Positions 1 through 9,526 of a DNA stretch of 64,000 nucleotides are shown piece after piece; positions within the stretch are counted from its first letter, which is position 1; each line of letters starts with the position of its first letter. The translations under genes and the position numbers were made by a program. The DNA is taken from the sequence record PV730299.1; one strand, 5' to 3'. The notes under the pieces are model-generated. The model saw only the letters and a program-made list of their open reading frames with translations. It made no database searches and was not told the DNA's origin. The DNA is from a phage.

Positions 1-266
1 TTCAAGCGCAGAATATTCTGCGCATTATCTGCGAGACTCTGGAGGTCGGTGGGACATTGAAGGTTCCTAAGATTCTAACGACTGAGATCATCGCTGACAA
101 ACTGACTGTCGCTCAGACGATCAATGGTAACATCATATATGCCGAAGGTGCTGGTCGCGCTTCTTCTCTGTCAGGTGCAACCCCTGCATCCCCTACGGGT
201 CCGGGTGAGATTGACATCAAGGCAGAATTAAAAGACAATGGTGGTAATTTCGGCACCAAAGAGTAA
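1..266 (+). CDS. 3' portion of a gene whose start lies upstream of the window (function unknown)
   Basis: Frame 3 is open from the window edge to TAA at 264-266; the track ORF 57-266 begins at an internal TTG; the gp25-like gene follows 73 nt later. Confidence 0.35.
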   Translation, partial: QAQNILRIICETLEVGGTLKVPKILTTEIIADKLTVAQTINGNIIYAEGAGRASSLSGATPASPTGPGEIDIKAELKDNGGNFGTKE

Positions 267-339
267 GTTGGTATAAGTTTAGTGGCAGAGGGACAGCACG
301 TCTCTCTGCTCCTTATAGGCATCCTGAGAGGATCGCGAA

Positions 340-720
340 ATGAAAGAGTATAAAGATGTCGATCTGAAGTTCGGCATGCATCCGGTGACCAAAGACGTCA
401 CTATGAAATCAGGTGTGTATGCTGTCTTACAATCCGTGCGGAATATCGTCATGTCTTCAGTCGGGGACTGGCCCACTTATCCTGGGATCGGCGCGGGGCT
501 TTATGGGCTGTTGGGTGAAAACACGACACCGACTATCCAGGTAGATGTGAAGAACAAAGTAGAGGACGCTATCGCCCTGTATGAACCCAGAGCAGAGGTA
601 GAAGAAGTCACGGTGAGTCTGTCAGAGGATTACCATTCTCTGGGCGTGACCATCACATTCTATGTGGTCAACAATCCAGATCCAATAACAGACACCGTGT
701 GGTTGAAAAGGACGAATTAG
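340..720 (+). CDS. 25: baseplate wedge protein, T4 gp25-like (GPW/gp25 family)
   Basis: 126 aa; C-terminal block ALYEPRAEVEEVTV...VVNNPDPI parallels T4 gp25 RNYEPRIDKLAVNV...IDNPDDI; ATG preceded by GAGAGGA. Confidence 0.75.
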   Translation: MKEYKDVDLKFGMHPVTKDVTMKSGVYAVLQSVRNIVMSSVGDWPTYPGIGAGLYGLLGENTTPTIQVDVKNKVEDAIALYEPRAEVEEVTVSLSEDYHSLGVTITFYVVNNPDPITDTVWLKRTN

Positions 721-1067
721 AATTTCGTCCTGAATGCCGGAGCCACGACTAACATGAAGTGGCTCAATAACCTGAACATCTCTTTACCGTTGAATTGGTA
801 GAGGATAATCATCGGCCTGACGTCAACCACTGATCCCTCCAGCTTCTTGTTCAACACAAATCTGGAACCCACACTGACCTGTCCGCGCTCTTCGTCTCCT
901 GGTTTGTCGTAGACCACGCAACTGGTGGCATAACCGATTTGAGATCCATCCTCAGACCGCAAGGGCAGCATATGCCCTTCAGACATCAGATGATGCAGGT
1001 TCTGGTATAAACCTTTGTCTGGTATGGGGACTGCCAGCTGCATTCTCAACTCTTTGTAATCTTGCAT
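717..1067 (-). CDS. hypothetical protein
   Basis: 116-aa ORF, GGAG about 8 nt upstream of ATG, start packed against the stop of the upstream gene. Confidence 0.45.
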   Translation of the reverse strand: MQDYKELRMQLAVPIPDKGLYQNLHHLMSEGHMLPLRSEDGSQIGYATSCVVYDKPGDEERGQVSVGSRFVLNKKLEGSVVDVRPMIILYQFNGKEMFRLLSHFMLVVAPAFRTKF

Positions 1068-1072
1068 GAGGA

Positions 1073-1534
1073 CTACTCCGCCAGGGTGATCACAACCATA
1101 TTTAAGACTGTGTCGATAGCTCGGCCTGTTTCCTCTTCATGGAGGGTTTCGGCTCGGAGGTGCACGTCGGTGATGAAATTGTCGATGTGCATTGAAGTCA
1201 GATACGGGCGGTGTTGACTGACCGGGCGGTTGACCAGAACATAATTGCGCAATGTGTTGAAGTCCTGATGAGAGCACCCCGTTGTATCGATACGAAGGAA
1301 GCGTTCGTTGTGACTTGTCTTCAACTCAGTCACCTTGCCAAGGTAGACCAGAGGTCCATTGCGACCGATACGGAACATGACATCAACAACAGACTTGAAG
1401 ATTTCGCGTTCAATCAGTGCGGTGGGTGACCAGCAGATCTCTTCTTTGTCGTCGGCGTACAGGGTGTCGATCACCAGAGGGAGTTGAATGTAACCGAAGT
1501 TGTGCAGTGGGTTGGTGAGTACTTTGTTTGTCAT
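1073..1534 (-). CDS. hypothetical protein
   Basis: 153-aa ORF; AGGAACTATATC-ATG initiation region shared with other early genes; sigma70-like promoter just upstream. Confidence 0.55.
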   Translation of the reverse strand: MTNKVLTNPLHNFGYIQLPLVIDTLYADDKEEICWSPTALIEREIFKSVVDVMFRIGRNGPLVYLGKVTELKTSHNERFLRIDTTGCSHQDFNTLRNYVLVNRPVSQHRPYLTSMHIDNFITDVHLRAETLHEEETGRAIDTVLNMVVITLAE

Positions 1535-1584
1535 GATATAGTTCCTGCTTTTAATTTGTGGCGAATGCCAATGAATTACTGGGA

Positions 1585-1613
1585 AGTATAAGCGCAGGGA
1601 TTATAGAAGTAAA
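1585..1613 (-). promoter_or_regulatory. sigma70-like early promoter (TTTACT-N17-TATACT) abutting a hairpin at about 1614-1630
   Basis: Minus-strand reading TTTACTTCTATAATCCCTGCGCTTATACT directly after the hairpin GCCCCTCAATGAGGGGC; same hexamers and spacing as at 14320-14348; the copies at 51183-51210 (N16), 7899-7928 and 29197-29225 (TATTAT -10) vary slightly. Confidence 0.5.
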
Positions 1614-1639
1614 GCCCCTCAATGAGGGGCTTCGGCTTG

Positions 1640-1864
1640 TCAGCGTTTAAGGCTGGCGGCGAGTCCATTAACGTCGGTCACGGTCTGGTCAGCGAGGACG
1701 ATTACAGGCATCGACACGCGCGGCTTACCCGTCAACTGCTGAAGTTCTTCCAGCCGGTAATCTTTGTCCAGCTTGAGGATCTTGTGTTCCAGCCCTTTCA
1801 TTTTGCACAGATTTTCGGCTGTTACACACTGAGCGCAACCTTGTTTGGAATAGATCGTAATCAT
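1640..1864 (-). CDS. nrdH: NrdH-like glutaredoxin (redoxin partner of ribonucleotide reductase)
   Basis: 74 aa with N-terminal CAQC redox motif (MITIYSKQGCAQC); directly downstream of nrdB. Confidence 0.75.
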   Translation of the reverse strand: MITIYSKQGCAQCVTAENLCKMKGLEHKILKLDKDYRLEELQQLTGKPRVSMPVIVLADQTVTDVNGLAASLKR

Positions 1865-1873
1865 TTCTCACCT

Positions 1874-2977
1874 TTAAGCGAATTTGAGGCCATCGGATAC
1901 CGAACCAGTCAGTACACCCATCAGATAATCAGGAGCTTCCGCTTCCTGCAACGCGTACTGCATTGCCTTATTATCTAGCCAGTCATTAATCCATGGGACT
2001 GGGTTCTCCTTGCGAGGTTCACCGGGATATGGATGCCCGATAGCGCCCATCCGGTGGGTTGCCAGCCAGTCTACCATCTGATGAAGGATCTTGGCGTTCA
2101 GCCCCAGGATGGAACCGTCTTTGAATAGGTAGTTCGCCCACTCCTTCTCCTGATGGACCACGTCCAAGAACATCTGGGTCATCTCACCACGCAGTTCCTC
2201 ACGGATGATTGCAAAGTCGGGGTCCATACCAGGCAGGCGGTTTAGCAGCGTCTGGGTCAGGATCAGGTGATCCTGCTCATCACGGGCGATCTGTCGAATG
2301 ATTTTGGCATTGCCTTCCATCTTCTTCTGAAACTGTGTGAATGCCCAAGAGCATGCAAAGGACACGTAGAAGCGGATGCCTTCCAGTGTGTTGGCAGCAA
2401 ACAGAGCACGCCAGAATGCGCGTTTGGCATTCATCAGATCTTCTCGGGTGAAGATGCGTCCGGCCATACGCATGCCACTGTACTGTACCATGTCATCGTA
2501 GTACACACTGATCTGGTGAGCACAGTCCACGATCTCCACAACATCCAGTACGTGGTCAAACACGATACCTGGATCGTTCACAGTATTGCGCAAAATGTGG
2601 GTGTACGATAAAGAGTGAATGGCTTCCTGGCGCGTCCATTCAAGGACAGCAAACTGCATTTCAGGGGTAGACGCCCATGGACCAAACGCCTCGAACGGAG
2701 CCGCACCCTGGATAGAGTCCAGCATGGTCTGGCGCTTCAGGTTGCTGAAGTAGACATGTTTCTCTGCTTCGTTCAGAGTAGCGAAGTCTGCCTTGTCCTT
2801 GGTGATGTCCACCTCTTCAGGACGCCAGAACTGACTGAGACCTTTCTCATACCACTTCTGTACGAATGGCCAGGCCACGACATCGTAACGCTGGATGCTC
2901 ACTGGGTCACCGAAGAACGGTAGACCAGTGTTGTCCGAGCTTGGGTCGAATACGGAGAATTGTTTCTGTTCGCTCAT
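1874..2977 (-). CDS. nrdB: ribonucleotide reductase class Ia beta subunit
   Basis: 367 aa; ferritin-like di-iron/tyrosyl radical protein with overall similarity to E. coli/T4 NrdB; uninterrupted (no intron). Confidence 0.95.
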   Translation of the reverse strand: MSEQKQFSVFDPSSDNTGLPFFGDPVSIQRYDVVAWPFVQKWYEKGLSQFWRPEEVDITKDKADFATLNEAEKHVYFSNLKRQTMLDSIQGAAPFEAFGPWASTPEMQFAVLEWTRQEAIHSLSYTHILRNTVNDPGIVFDHVLDVVEIVDCAHQISVYYDDMVQYSGMRMAGRIFTREDLMNAKRAFWRALFAANTLEGIRFYVSFACSWAFTQFQKKMEGNAKIIRQIARDEQDHLILTQTLLNRLPGMDPDFAIIREELRGEMTQMFLDVVHQEKEWANYLFKDGSILGLNAKILHQMVDWLATHRMGAIGHPYPGEPRKENPVPWINDWLDNKAMQYALQEAEAPDYLMGVLTGSVSDGLKFA

Positions 2978-3047
2978 GTTTCTTTCCTGATTAATAAGGG
3001 GTGATCTCTCACCCCTGATGATATAACGGTAGTAGGTTTAGACCAAT

Positions 3048-5330
3048 TTATACAACACAGCTATCGCACTGAGTTTCCTCGGCCTGCTTCAGCTCTTCGT
3101 CTTCCTTGGCGTCCTTGTTTGTGTTGTAATACAGAGTCTTGCCACCCCACATATAGAACGACAGGATATCCTGCATCATCTTGGCGCGAGGGATCTTGCT
3201 GTCAGGGTACTTCTCTGGGTCATACCACGTGTTGGTACTGATGGACTGGTCAACCCAGCGCTGGATGACAGCAGCGGTCTTCAGGTACTCAATACAGTCC
3301 AGATCCCACTTGAGGTCATACATCGGTCCAAGGGTCTCAACGTCCGGGACGACCTGCTTATAAGTGCCGTCCTTGCTACCCTTGATGCTCACCAAGCCCT
3401 TCGGTGGCTCAATGCCGTTCGTTGCGTTGAGGACCTGTGAGGAGCTTTCGGTAGGGGCTACTGCCAGCAGGGTGGCGTTGCGGATACCATAGGTCTTCAG
3501 ATTATCCTTCAACCCATCCCAATCCAGCCCGTATGCCATCCCTTCTGGCTTCTTGCCATTTGGTAGGATATCAAGTGGAAGCGGCTGAAGGTCGGCGGTG
3601 ACCTGCCCATTATTGTGGATGGTTCCGCGTTTACACGCCCCGAACTTCATAGCCAGACGGTTGGACGCCTTGACCAGATAGAAGTGCAGGTGTGCCATCC
3701 ACGCATCCAGCATTTCAAGACCAGCTGGTGAGCCATAGCCCGTGAAGTTCTTGGCCAGGAAGTGAGCCACGTTCACGATACCAACACCCAGAGGACGATA
3801 GTCTTCAACAGCCTTGCGAGCCTGAATCGCTGGATAGTCCTGATATTCCAACAGCATGTCCAGCGCAGACACCAACACGAACGCCACGTCTTCCATTTCG
3901 GTCGGGTCTTCGAATGCTGTCAGGTTGAAGGAAGCCAGGGTGCACAGAGCCACGCGCCCGTTTTCATCGTTGTACTGCTCAAACTCACGGGTCGGCAGGG
4001 CGATTTCTAAACAAAGATTTGAAGAATAAATCGTGTCTAGGTTGAATGGACTGTATTCATTCATGTGATCGACAAACGCGATGTAGATGCGGCCTGTGTC
4101 TGAACGCTGGTCTAACAGCATCTGGAACACCTCTTCTGCCTGCAACTTTTTAGCACGAACCAAACCAGCATCAGCGGCCTTGATCATGTTCTCATACAGA
4201 GTACGGAACTTGTCAACGTCAGCGAAGTATGCTTCATACATTTCGCGGTTGTCTTTCGGGTCGAACAGATACAGAGGCTGCTTGGCAACCAGGCGCTCAA
4301 ACATCACGCGGTTGATCTGAATGCCATAGTCGATACGGCGTTCGCGGTTTTCTTCAGTACCACGGTTGTTCTTCAGAACAACGACGTCATCGAACTGGTA
4401 ATGCCACAGAGGGATGTACGCTGTTGCTGCACCACCACGAATGCCGCCCTGAGAGCACGATTTGAGTGCCCCAGTGAGATACTTGATGAACGGGATCAGG
4501 CCTGTGTGAACCATCTCTCCGCCGCGAATAGGACTACCAATCCCACGGATTGCCCCGACGTCGAAGCCGATACCCGCACGTTTGGACACATAGTCAACGA
4601 TGGTCTTGGCTGTTGCGTTGATAGAGTTCAGGGTGTCATCAGTCTTGATTAACACGCAGGAACTAAACTGACGAGTAGGAGTACGAACACCTGCCATAAT
4701 CGGGGTGGGAAGACTGAACTTGCCTGTGCTGGCATATTCATAGAACTTTTTCACCATCTCCAGGCGGCTGTCTTTGTCCCAGTTAGAGAACAACGCCATG
4801 GCGATGCCCATGTACATGACCTGAGGGGTTTCGTAGAAGATCTTGCTGTCTTTCTTGGAACGGTCGCGCAACAGGTACTTCTCAGTCAGCTGACCCATGG
4901 CCGCCCACGTGAAGTTCTTATCGCGTTTGTGATTGATGACATCGTTCAGCTCGTTGAACTCTTCGGTCGTGTAGAGATCAAGGAACTCACGATCATACAC
5001 GCGCTGTTTGATGTTCTTGACGAAGATGTCCAGCAGGTGAGGCGGCTTGTACTGACCGTAGACAGCCTTGCGCAGATCATACGACTTCAGACGAGCAGCC
5101 ACATACTGGTAATTGGGTTTGTCTACAGAGATCAGTGAAGCCGCAGCCTGGATGAGGATATCCTGAATGCGATCTGTTCTCATGTTGTCGGTGAACTGAA
5201 TCTTCGATGCAGCGATCACCTCTGACATTGACACACCAGACAGGCCATCACAGGCGCGGTCTACGACTGCGTGTAGTTTCTCAATATCAAATGGGACAGA
5301 AGATCCGTCACGTTTTATAACGTTAATCAT
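3048..5330 (-). CDS. nrdA: ribonucleotide reductase class Ia alpha subunit
   Basis: 760 aa; N-terminal ATP-cone (MINVIKRDGSSVPFDIEKL), length matches NrdA (about 760 aa); SD GAGGAACACC-ATG; no intein. Confidence 0.95.
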   Translation of the reverse strand: MINVIKRDGSSVPFDIEKLHAVVDRACDGLSGVSMSEVIAASKIQFTDNMRTDRIQDILIQAAASLISVDKPNYQYVAARLKSYDLRKAVYGQYKPPHLLDIFVKNIKQRVYDREFLDLYTTEEFNELNDVINHKRDKNFTWAAMGQLTEKYLLRDRSKKDSKIFYETPQVMYMGIAMALFSNWDKDSRLEMVKKFYEYASTGKFSLPTPIMAGVRTPTRQFSSCVLIKTDDTLNSINATAKTIVDYVSKRAGIGFDVGAIRGIGSPIRGGEMVHTGLIPFIKYLTGALKSCSQGGIRGGAATAYIPLWHYQFDDVVVLKNNRGTEENRERRIDYGIQINRVMFERLVAKQPLYLFDPKDNREMYEAYFADVDKFRTLYENMIKAADAGLVRAKKLQAEEVFQMLLDQRSDTGRIYIAFVDHMNEYSPFNLDTIYSSNLCLEIALPTREFEQYNDENGRVALCTLASFNLTAFEDPTEMEDVAFVLVSALDMLLEYQDYPAIQARKAVEDYRPLGVGIVNVAHFLAKNFTGYGSPAGLEMLDAWMAHLHFYLVKASNRLAMKFGACKRGTIHNNGQVTADLQPLPLDILPNGKKPEGMAYGLDWDGLKDNLKTYGIRNATLLAVAPTESSSQVLNATNGIEPPKGLVSIKGSKDGTYKQVVPDVETLGPMYDLKWDLDCIEYLKTAAVIQRWVDQSISTNTWYDPEKYPDSKIPRAKMMQDILSFYMWGGKTLYYNTNKDAKEDEELKQAEETQCDSCVV

Positions 5331-5413
5331 GGTGTTCCTCGGGTTTGTTTACGCAGGTTTTATTATACGCCACCCTCGTAGATTGAAGGCGGCGGGGAGG
5401 GTTGGCGAGTTAC

Positions 5414-6256
5414 TTAAATGTCGTACAGATCGTTGACTTCCAGCATCAGGCGGGTGAAGTCGCCGCGCCCGTTGCGGTCAGACTTGTCGAACTCGATGAT
5501 ACTGAACGGCTGAACCCATTCAGGGTACTCATCACCGACGCCAACACCATCGATCTTCAGGGTTCCGGCCTCCAGCTTGGCGTTGAAGTCGCGGAAGGAA
5601 CTGACGTACTTTTCAAGGGCGCTGTCGCGCAGGCGCTTGTTGGACTGTTTGATGTCACCGTTGACAAAGATGTAAGTCGAGTCAGATGCGCGGGTCAGTA
5701 GGTTCTTCAGCTGCTCCATATCACATTCCTGCGCTTCTTCAATGATCAGGAAGGTGTCGTCAAAGGTCATCCCCTTGATGGTCTCCAGATCCTGGATCTC
5801 AATGATCCGCTTCTCCCACAGATAGTTGAAGAAACCGTCGCTACCTGTGTCAGTCTTCAGCACCTTCTTCAGCGTCTGAATCAGGGGCATCAGATATGGC
5901 ATCAGCTTTTCGTATGTGTCGCCAGGGCGGAAGCCTGCAGTCTGGCCTGTTGGCAGCGGAGAGCGCGTGATGACGATCTTACTGACCACTTTATCGATCA
6001 GGAGCTTGGCGGCGGCTGAGGCACCGCAGTACGATTTACCTGTACCGGCAGGACCGATTGCGATAGTGAGGTTTTCTTCAAGAGCAGATTGATATGCGAG
6101 GTTCTGATTCTCTGAGAGGCCATTGAACGGAGCGATTCTGAAGTCACCTTTAGAGAACTTCATCCAGTCATCTTCTTTCTGAATTGTCTCTTTCTTACGT
6201 GCTGACTTGGTCTTGCCCGCTGGCTTCTTACTTACAACTTTGGTGGCAGATTGCAT
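5414..6256 (-). CDS. phoH: PhoH-like ATPase
   Basis: 280 aa; Walker A GPAGTGKS and PhoH-family layout. Confidence 0.9.
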   Translation of the reverse strand: MQSATKVVSKKPAGKTKSARKKETIQKEDDWMKFSKGDFRIAPFNGLSENQNLAYQSALEENLTIAIGPAGTGKSYCGASAAAKLLIDKVVSKIVITRSPLPTGQTAGFRPGDTYEKLMPYLMPLIQTLKKVLKTDTGSDGFFNYLWEKRIIEIQDLETIKGMTFDDTFLIIEEAQECDMEQLKNLLTRASDSTYIFVNGDIKQSNKRLRDSALEKYVSSFRDFNAKLEAGTLKIDGVGVGDEYPEWVQPFSIIEFDKSDRNGRGDFTRLMLEVNDLYDI

Positions 6257-6325
6257 GGGAACCTTCCTATATCTCAGGGTGTCATCACCTCTAATTAAGG
6301 TGACAACCCCAGCATACCTGAGGAT

Positions 6326-6355
6326 TGGATAAAGAAAAGGCCGTTTCCGGCCTTT
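6326..6355 (-). terminator. rho-independent terminator downstream of the endolysin gene
   Basis: Hairpin AAAGGCCG-GAAA-CGGCCTTT followed on the transcript by TTCTTTATCC. Confidence 0.55.
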
Positions 6356-6358
6356 GAG

Positions 6359-7153
6359 TTAACTGAAACTCTTGTATGCTGCTGCGAGCTTCTTGTCGTA
6401 CTGGTTCTTGGCATACGCCGGACCATTATAGCGCCGTGCAAATTCAGACCAGTTCTTGTCCTTCAGAGCCTGCCAGAGCTTGGCGTCAGCCTTGATGAAC
6501 TTCACGAATGCCATCAAATGAGCACGTTCTCCTGTCAGGAAGTCGTTGAACATCTCCTTGGCGTTGGCATATCCACAGACCTGGCAGTTGAATCCCATGA
6601 TCTGGAAGAGACCGTAAGAGGCGCTCTCGTACGCACAATCCTCATCGATGTTGATGGCCGCATGAAGTCGATCCAACTCCGCGTCGCCTCCCGTGTACCC
6701 GCCTGCAGAAGGGTTGACCAACGTCGGGTACATATGTCCCATGGCATTCGCCCGAGCCTGTCCGAACTTCGCCATCAACTTCTTATACATGATGTGGCGC
6801 TCAAATAATGTCTTGATCTTACCTGACTTGGTGAAGCCCGTGCCGCGCGACTCAACCTGATTCACCGCCTTGACAGAGGCAAGGTCAACACCCAGATCGT
6901 TAGCAGCATCAATCAGGTCTGACTCAGTTAGATGATCCTGATGGGCGTCTCCAGCGTTGCGAATAGCATAGGAGGTCTTTGGACCCACGATACCATCAAT
7001 GACAAGCCCCGCACCCGCCTGAACAGTCTTGACGGCGTTCTCTGTTGCCTTGCCAAAGATACCATCAGCGACGAGGGTGAAGCCGATTTTGTTGAGGCTA
7101 TCCTGGAGTGCCTTCACTTCAGTGCCACGGTTGCCAAGTTTTAGAATGGCCAT
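6359..7153 (-). CDS. endolysin: two peptidoglycan-binding repeats plus a C-terminal muramidase-like domain
   Basis: N-terminal repeats GTEVKALQDSLNKIGF... and GIVGPKTSYAIRN typical of PG_binding_1; C-terminal domain resembles phage N-acetylmuramidases; start taken at the internal ATG (MAILK) with GGAGGT SD, the track start at 7171 lies inside the leader hairpin. Confidence 0.8.
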   Translation of the reverse strand: MAILKLGNRGTEVKALQDSLNKIGFTLVADGIFGKATENAVKTVQAGAGLVIDGIVGPKTSYAIRNAGDAHQDHLTESDLIDAANDLGVDLASVKAVNQVESRGTGFTKSGKIKTLFERHIMYKKLMAKFGQARANAMGHMYPTLVNPSAGGYTGGDAELDRLHAAINIDEDCAYESASYGLFQIMGFNCQVCGYANAKEMFNDFLTGERAHLMAFVKFIKADAKLWQALKDKNWSEFARRYNGPAYAKNQYDKKLAAAYKSFS

Positions 7154-7159
7154 AAGAAA

Positions 7160-7191
7160 ATACCTCCACAATGAATGTAGAGGTATTTAAA
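7160..7191 (-). promoter_or_regulatory. late-promoter-like TTTAAATA motif plus leader hairpin that includes the SD of the endolysin gene
   Basis: Minus-strand CTTTAAATACCTCTACATTCATTGTGGAGGTATTTTCTT-ATG; same architecture upstream of the gene starting at 49770. Confidence 0.45.
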
Positions 7192-7337
7192 GTGAAAGTG
7201 AACTACTCGAGGAGCTGGGGGAGACTTTGTTCTGAATGTGTCAGCAACCCAGAGAGCGCCTAAAGAGGATTGAATGACTGTGATCTCCTCCCAAGACCTG
7301 ATAGGGGGAGTTGCCTCCCCCATGTTACACGTCTGGA

Positions 7338-7826
7338 TTAGGCCAGTTTGCTCACCAGAGCTTCAACTGCGTCGGCGCTCAGTTTACCCATTTTGACGTA
7401 CTGAGCTTTTGCTTCACCACCAGCCGCTTTCACGATGTCTTCGTTTGCGTAGCCTTTCTTAGGGAAGACCATCACAGAGAAGGAACCGTTGTTCAGCGGG
7501 TTCAGCTGGATGCGACCTTTACCGACTACGATGGTGCCGTAAGTTTCGGTGTTTGCTTCGACAATGTGGATGTCGTGACCCAGGTTTTTCAGCATACCAA
7601 CTTTGTCGGCAGTCTTAGCAACCACAGCTTTGTCAACCACAACCTGCTCTACCAGGGTGAAGCCGTTTGTCGATTTCACTTTACCGTTCAGCAGGTTCAT
7701 GAAGGAAGTTTTACCACCAGTGAAGCCAGCTGCCTGAGCGATGCGGAACATTTCAACTTTAGCAACTTCGGTGTTCAGTTCGAAAGAGATGGTGCCGTTG
7801 GTGATCAGAGTTTTGGTAGTAGCCAT
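7338..7826 (-). CDS. hypothetical protein (likely abundant early protein)
   Basis: 162 aa Ala/Val/Lys-rich; strong SD GAGGAAT and a TTTACT-N17-TATTAT promoter upstream; start taken at MATTKTL. Confidence 0.6.
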   Translation of the reverse strand: MATTKTLITNGTISFELNTEVAKVEMFRIAQAAGFTGGKTSFMNLLNGKVKSTNGFTLVEQVVVDKAVVAKTADKVGMLKNLGHDIHIVEANTETYGTIVVGKGRIQLNPLNNGSFSVMVFPKKGYANEDIVKAAGGEAKAQYVKMGKLSADAVEALVSKLA

Positions 7827-7898
7827 GATGTAATTCCTCATAATGTAGTTGGTGCGTTTCACTTTTCATTCGGCGGTGTGTTGTCGCCCTATGTGAAC

Positions 7899-7928
7899 TA
7901 TAATAGTGCATCATTATTGAAGAGTAAA
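7899..7928 (-). promoter_or_regulatory. sigma70-like early promoter (TTTACT-N17-TATTAT)
   Basis: Minus-strand TTTACTCTTCAATAATGATGCACTATTAT about 70 nt upstream of the 7826 start. Confidence 0.5.
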
Positions 7929-7961
7929 GTCTTTTTCAATAATTTTTAAAAATTATTTTTG

Positions 7962-7994
7962 AAGTATTTTAAAAGGCCTCGTCGAATGAGGCCT
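7962..7994 (-). terminator. rho-independent terminator
   Basis: Hairpin AGGCCTC-N7-GAGGCCT followed by TTTAAAATACTT on the minus-strand transcript, after the stop of the 8023 gene. Confidence 0.6.
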
Positions 7995-8022
7995 GGAGGG
8001 AAGTGATGTGAATTAAAAAGTT

Positions 8023-8229
8023 TTAGTTCGGGCGAAATCTTACAAACTCGCGAGCCAATTCGGCCTGCTCATCACTGATGGGAACCCCATGGAAGTCCGC
8101 CTGACCATTCTTCCAGCCGTGGATGAAACTCGGAGATTCTTCCCCAGATAAGACATACCCCTCACGAGATTTCAAGTACCCCCGCACGATCTCTCCGTCG
8201 TCCAGTTTGTTCAGTTCTTCTAACGTCAT
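8023..8229 (-). CDS. hypothetical protein
   Basis: 68-aa ORF whose start overlaps the primase stop. Confidence 0.4.
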   Translation of the reverse strand: MTLEELNKLDDGEIVRGYLKSREGYVLSGEESPSFIHGWKNGQADFHGVPISDEQAELAREFVRFRPN

Positions 8230-9284
8230 CGCACTTTCCTCAGTTCAGCGAATTGTAATGATGCGGCCATACCTTGGTAAACGTTCTTGGCGATTAGCTT
8301 CAGGAGGTCTTGTATGGACATGTTGCCCTTTGATGGCATGACCATGTCGTTGATATCCTTCCAAGGAACGTCTGGTGGGAACAGTACAACTTTGACACCT
8401 TTATCTATCATCTTCTGAATACCGTCACACACCTGCGGGTTCCGGTACTGATTATCAGGGATATAAATGTCACCCTTCACGCTCAGTAGATCAGCATCGG
8501 CCGATGCAAGACAGTTGGGTAGGAACAGGCTGTCAATCGGACCTTCCACAACCAGCTTGGTTTTGTGAATGTTCACCCGGTCTTCACCATACACCTTAGT
8601 GTCTTCATCCTTGGGCTTGACTGTTGCGTAGCGCAGTGTCGCATTCTTGTCGAATGCACGCCCCTGAACGATCTTCATGCGACCATCCTGAGTCCAGAAC
8701 GGAATCACCAGCCGCTCGTCATCGGGGATCTTCAGCTGCTTCTCAGGGTTCGTTTCGAACTGGAGTAGATCCTGGCGGAAGTGCTGTGTGTAATACAGGA
8801 GGGACAAAGTGCTCTCCGGCAGTCCACGCCACTGTACGTACTGTCGAGCCTTATGGTCAGGCGGTAGCAGATCAAGCCGTAGCATATTGCCGAGGAGGCT
8901 CTCGTCGCGTTTCGCCGCCACCGAGCCAATACGGGCGGTCTGTGTCAGCTTTGGTAACGGCTTCAGGGAAGGAAGTGGTCTGCCCGACGTATCACCCAGC
9001 AGACGGAACTTCTCCATGTTGTATTCTGTTGAGAGGCGCTCATCGAACTTCTTCAACCAGAACTCAAATGACCAGCCATTCATCTGGTTGCAGTTGTGGC
9101 ACTTGAACCGGAAGCAGTCATGATCCCGATCATAGAAGAAGTATCCACGGCGCTTGTTAGCAGACTTCGTGGAGTCACCGCACAGAGGGCAACGGAAGTT
9201 CGCAACAGAACCCACGCGCTCCCACTTGAACTTGTCAAGGCGAGGTGACACGTTGTTGATAAATTGCTCGTCAAGAAATTTCAT
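8226..9284 (-). CDS. 61: DNA primase, T4 gp61-like (zinc-binding domain plus TOPRIM)
   Basis: Zinc motif FRCPLCGDS...CHNC and TOPRIM block VVEGPIDSLF, KDINDMV, YQGMAA match T4 gp61 (VLEGPIDSLF, KDVNDMI, AQGLMA); start taken at MKFLDEQ (track start 9362 is further upstream). Confidence 0.8.
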   Translation of the reverse strand: MKFLDEQFINNVSPRLDKFKWERVGSVANFRCPLCGDSTKSANKRRGYFFYDRDHDCFRFKCHNCNQMNGWSFEFWLKKFDERLSTEYNMEKFRLLGDTSGRPLPSLKPLPKLTQTARIGSVAAKRDESLLGNMLRLDLLPPDHKARQYVQWRGLPESTLSLLYYTQHFRQDLLQFETNPEKQLKIPDDERLVIPFWTQDGRMKIVQGRAFDKNATLRYATVKPKDEDTKVYGEDRVNIHKTKLVVEGPIDSLFLPNCLASADADLLSVKGDIYIPDNQYRNPQVCDGIQKMIDKGVKVVLFPPDVPWKDINDMVMPSKGNMSIQDLLKLIAKNVYQGMAASLQFAELRKVR

Positions 9285-9526
9285 TAGATCTTCTGCCTCT
9301 GGAACACTTCGGTCACAGTATAGTCTACACCACGACTTTGAGCTATACACAGTTGTTGCCAAGCCCTATACAAAATATTTGTTTACCAGCCGTGTAGTGT
9401 TCGAAGTGGGCGAAGCTGTCCAAGAGATTCATGTAGCTGCGCATGTGACGGGATAAAGATTTTGCTCATTGTCCTTTCCTTTCGGTGAATAATGAGCAAA
9501 ATTATATGCCTTTATTTCGTATTGAC

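Noticed and set aside
1874-5330. Intron or intein in nrdA/nrdB, as occurs in some T4-like phages
   Set aside because: Both ORFs are uninterrupted and of canonical length
7141-7323. 60-aa minus-strand ORF spanning the endolysin leader
   Set aside because: Reads through the late promoter/hairpin leader and into the endolysin start; more likely non-coding
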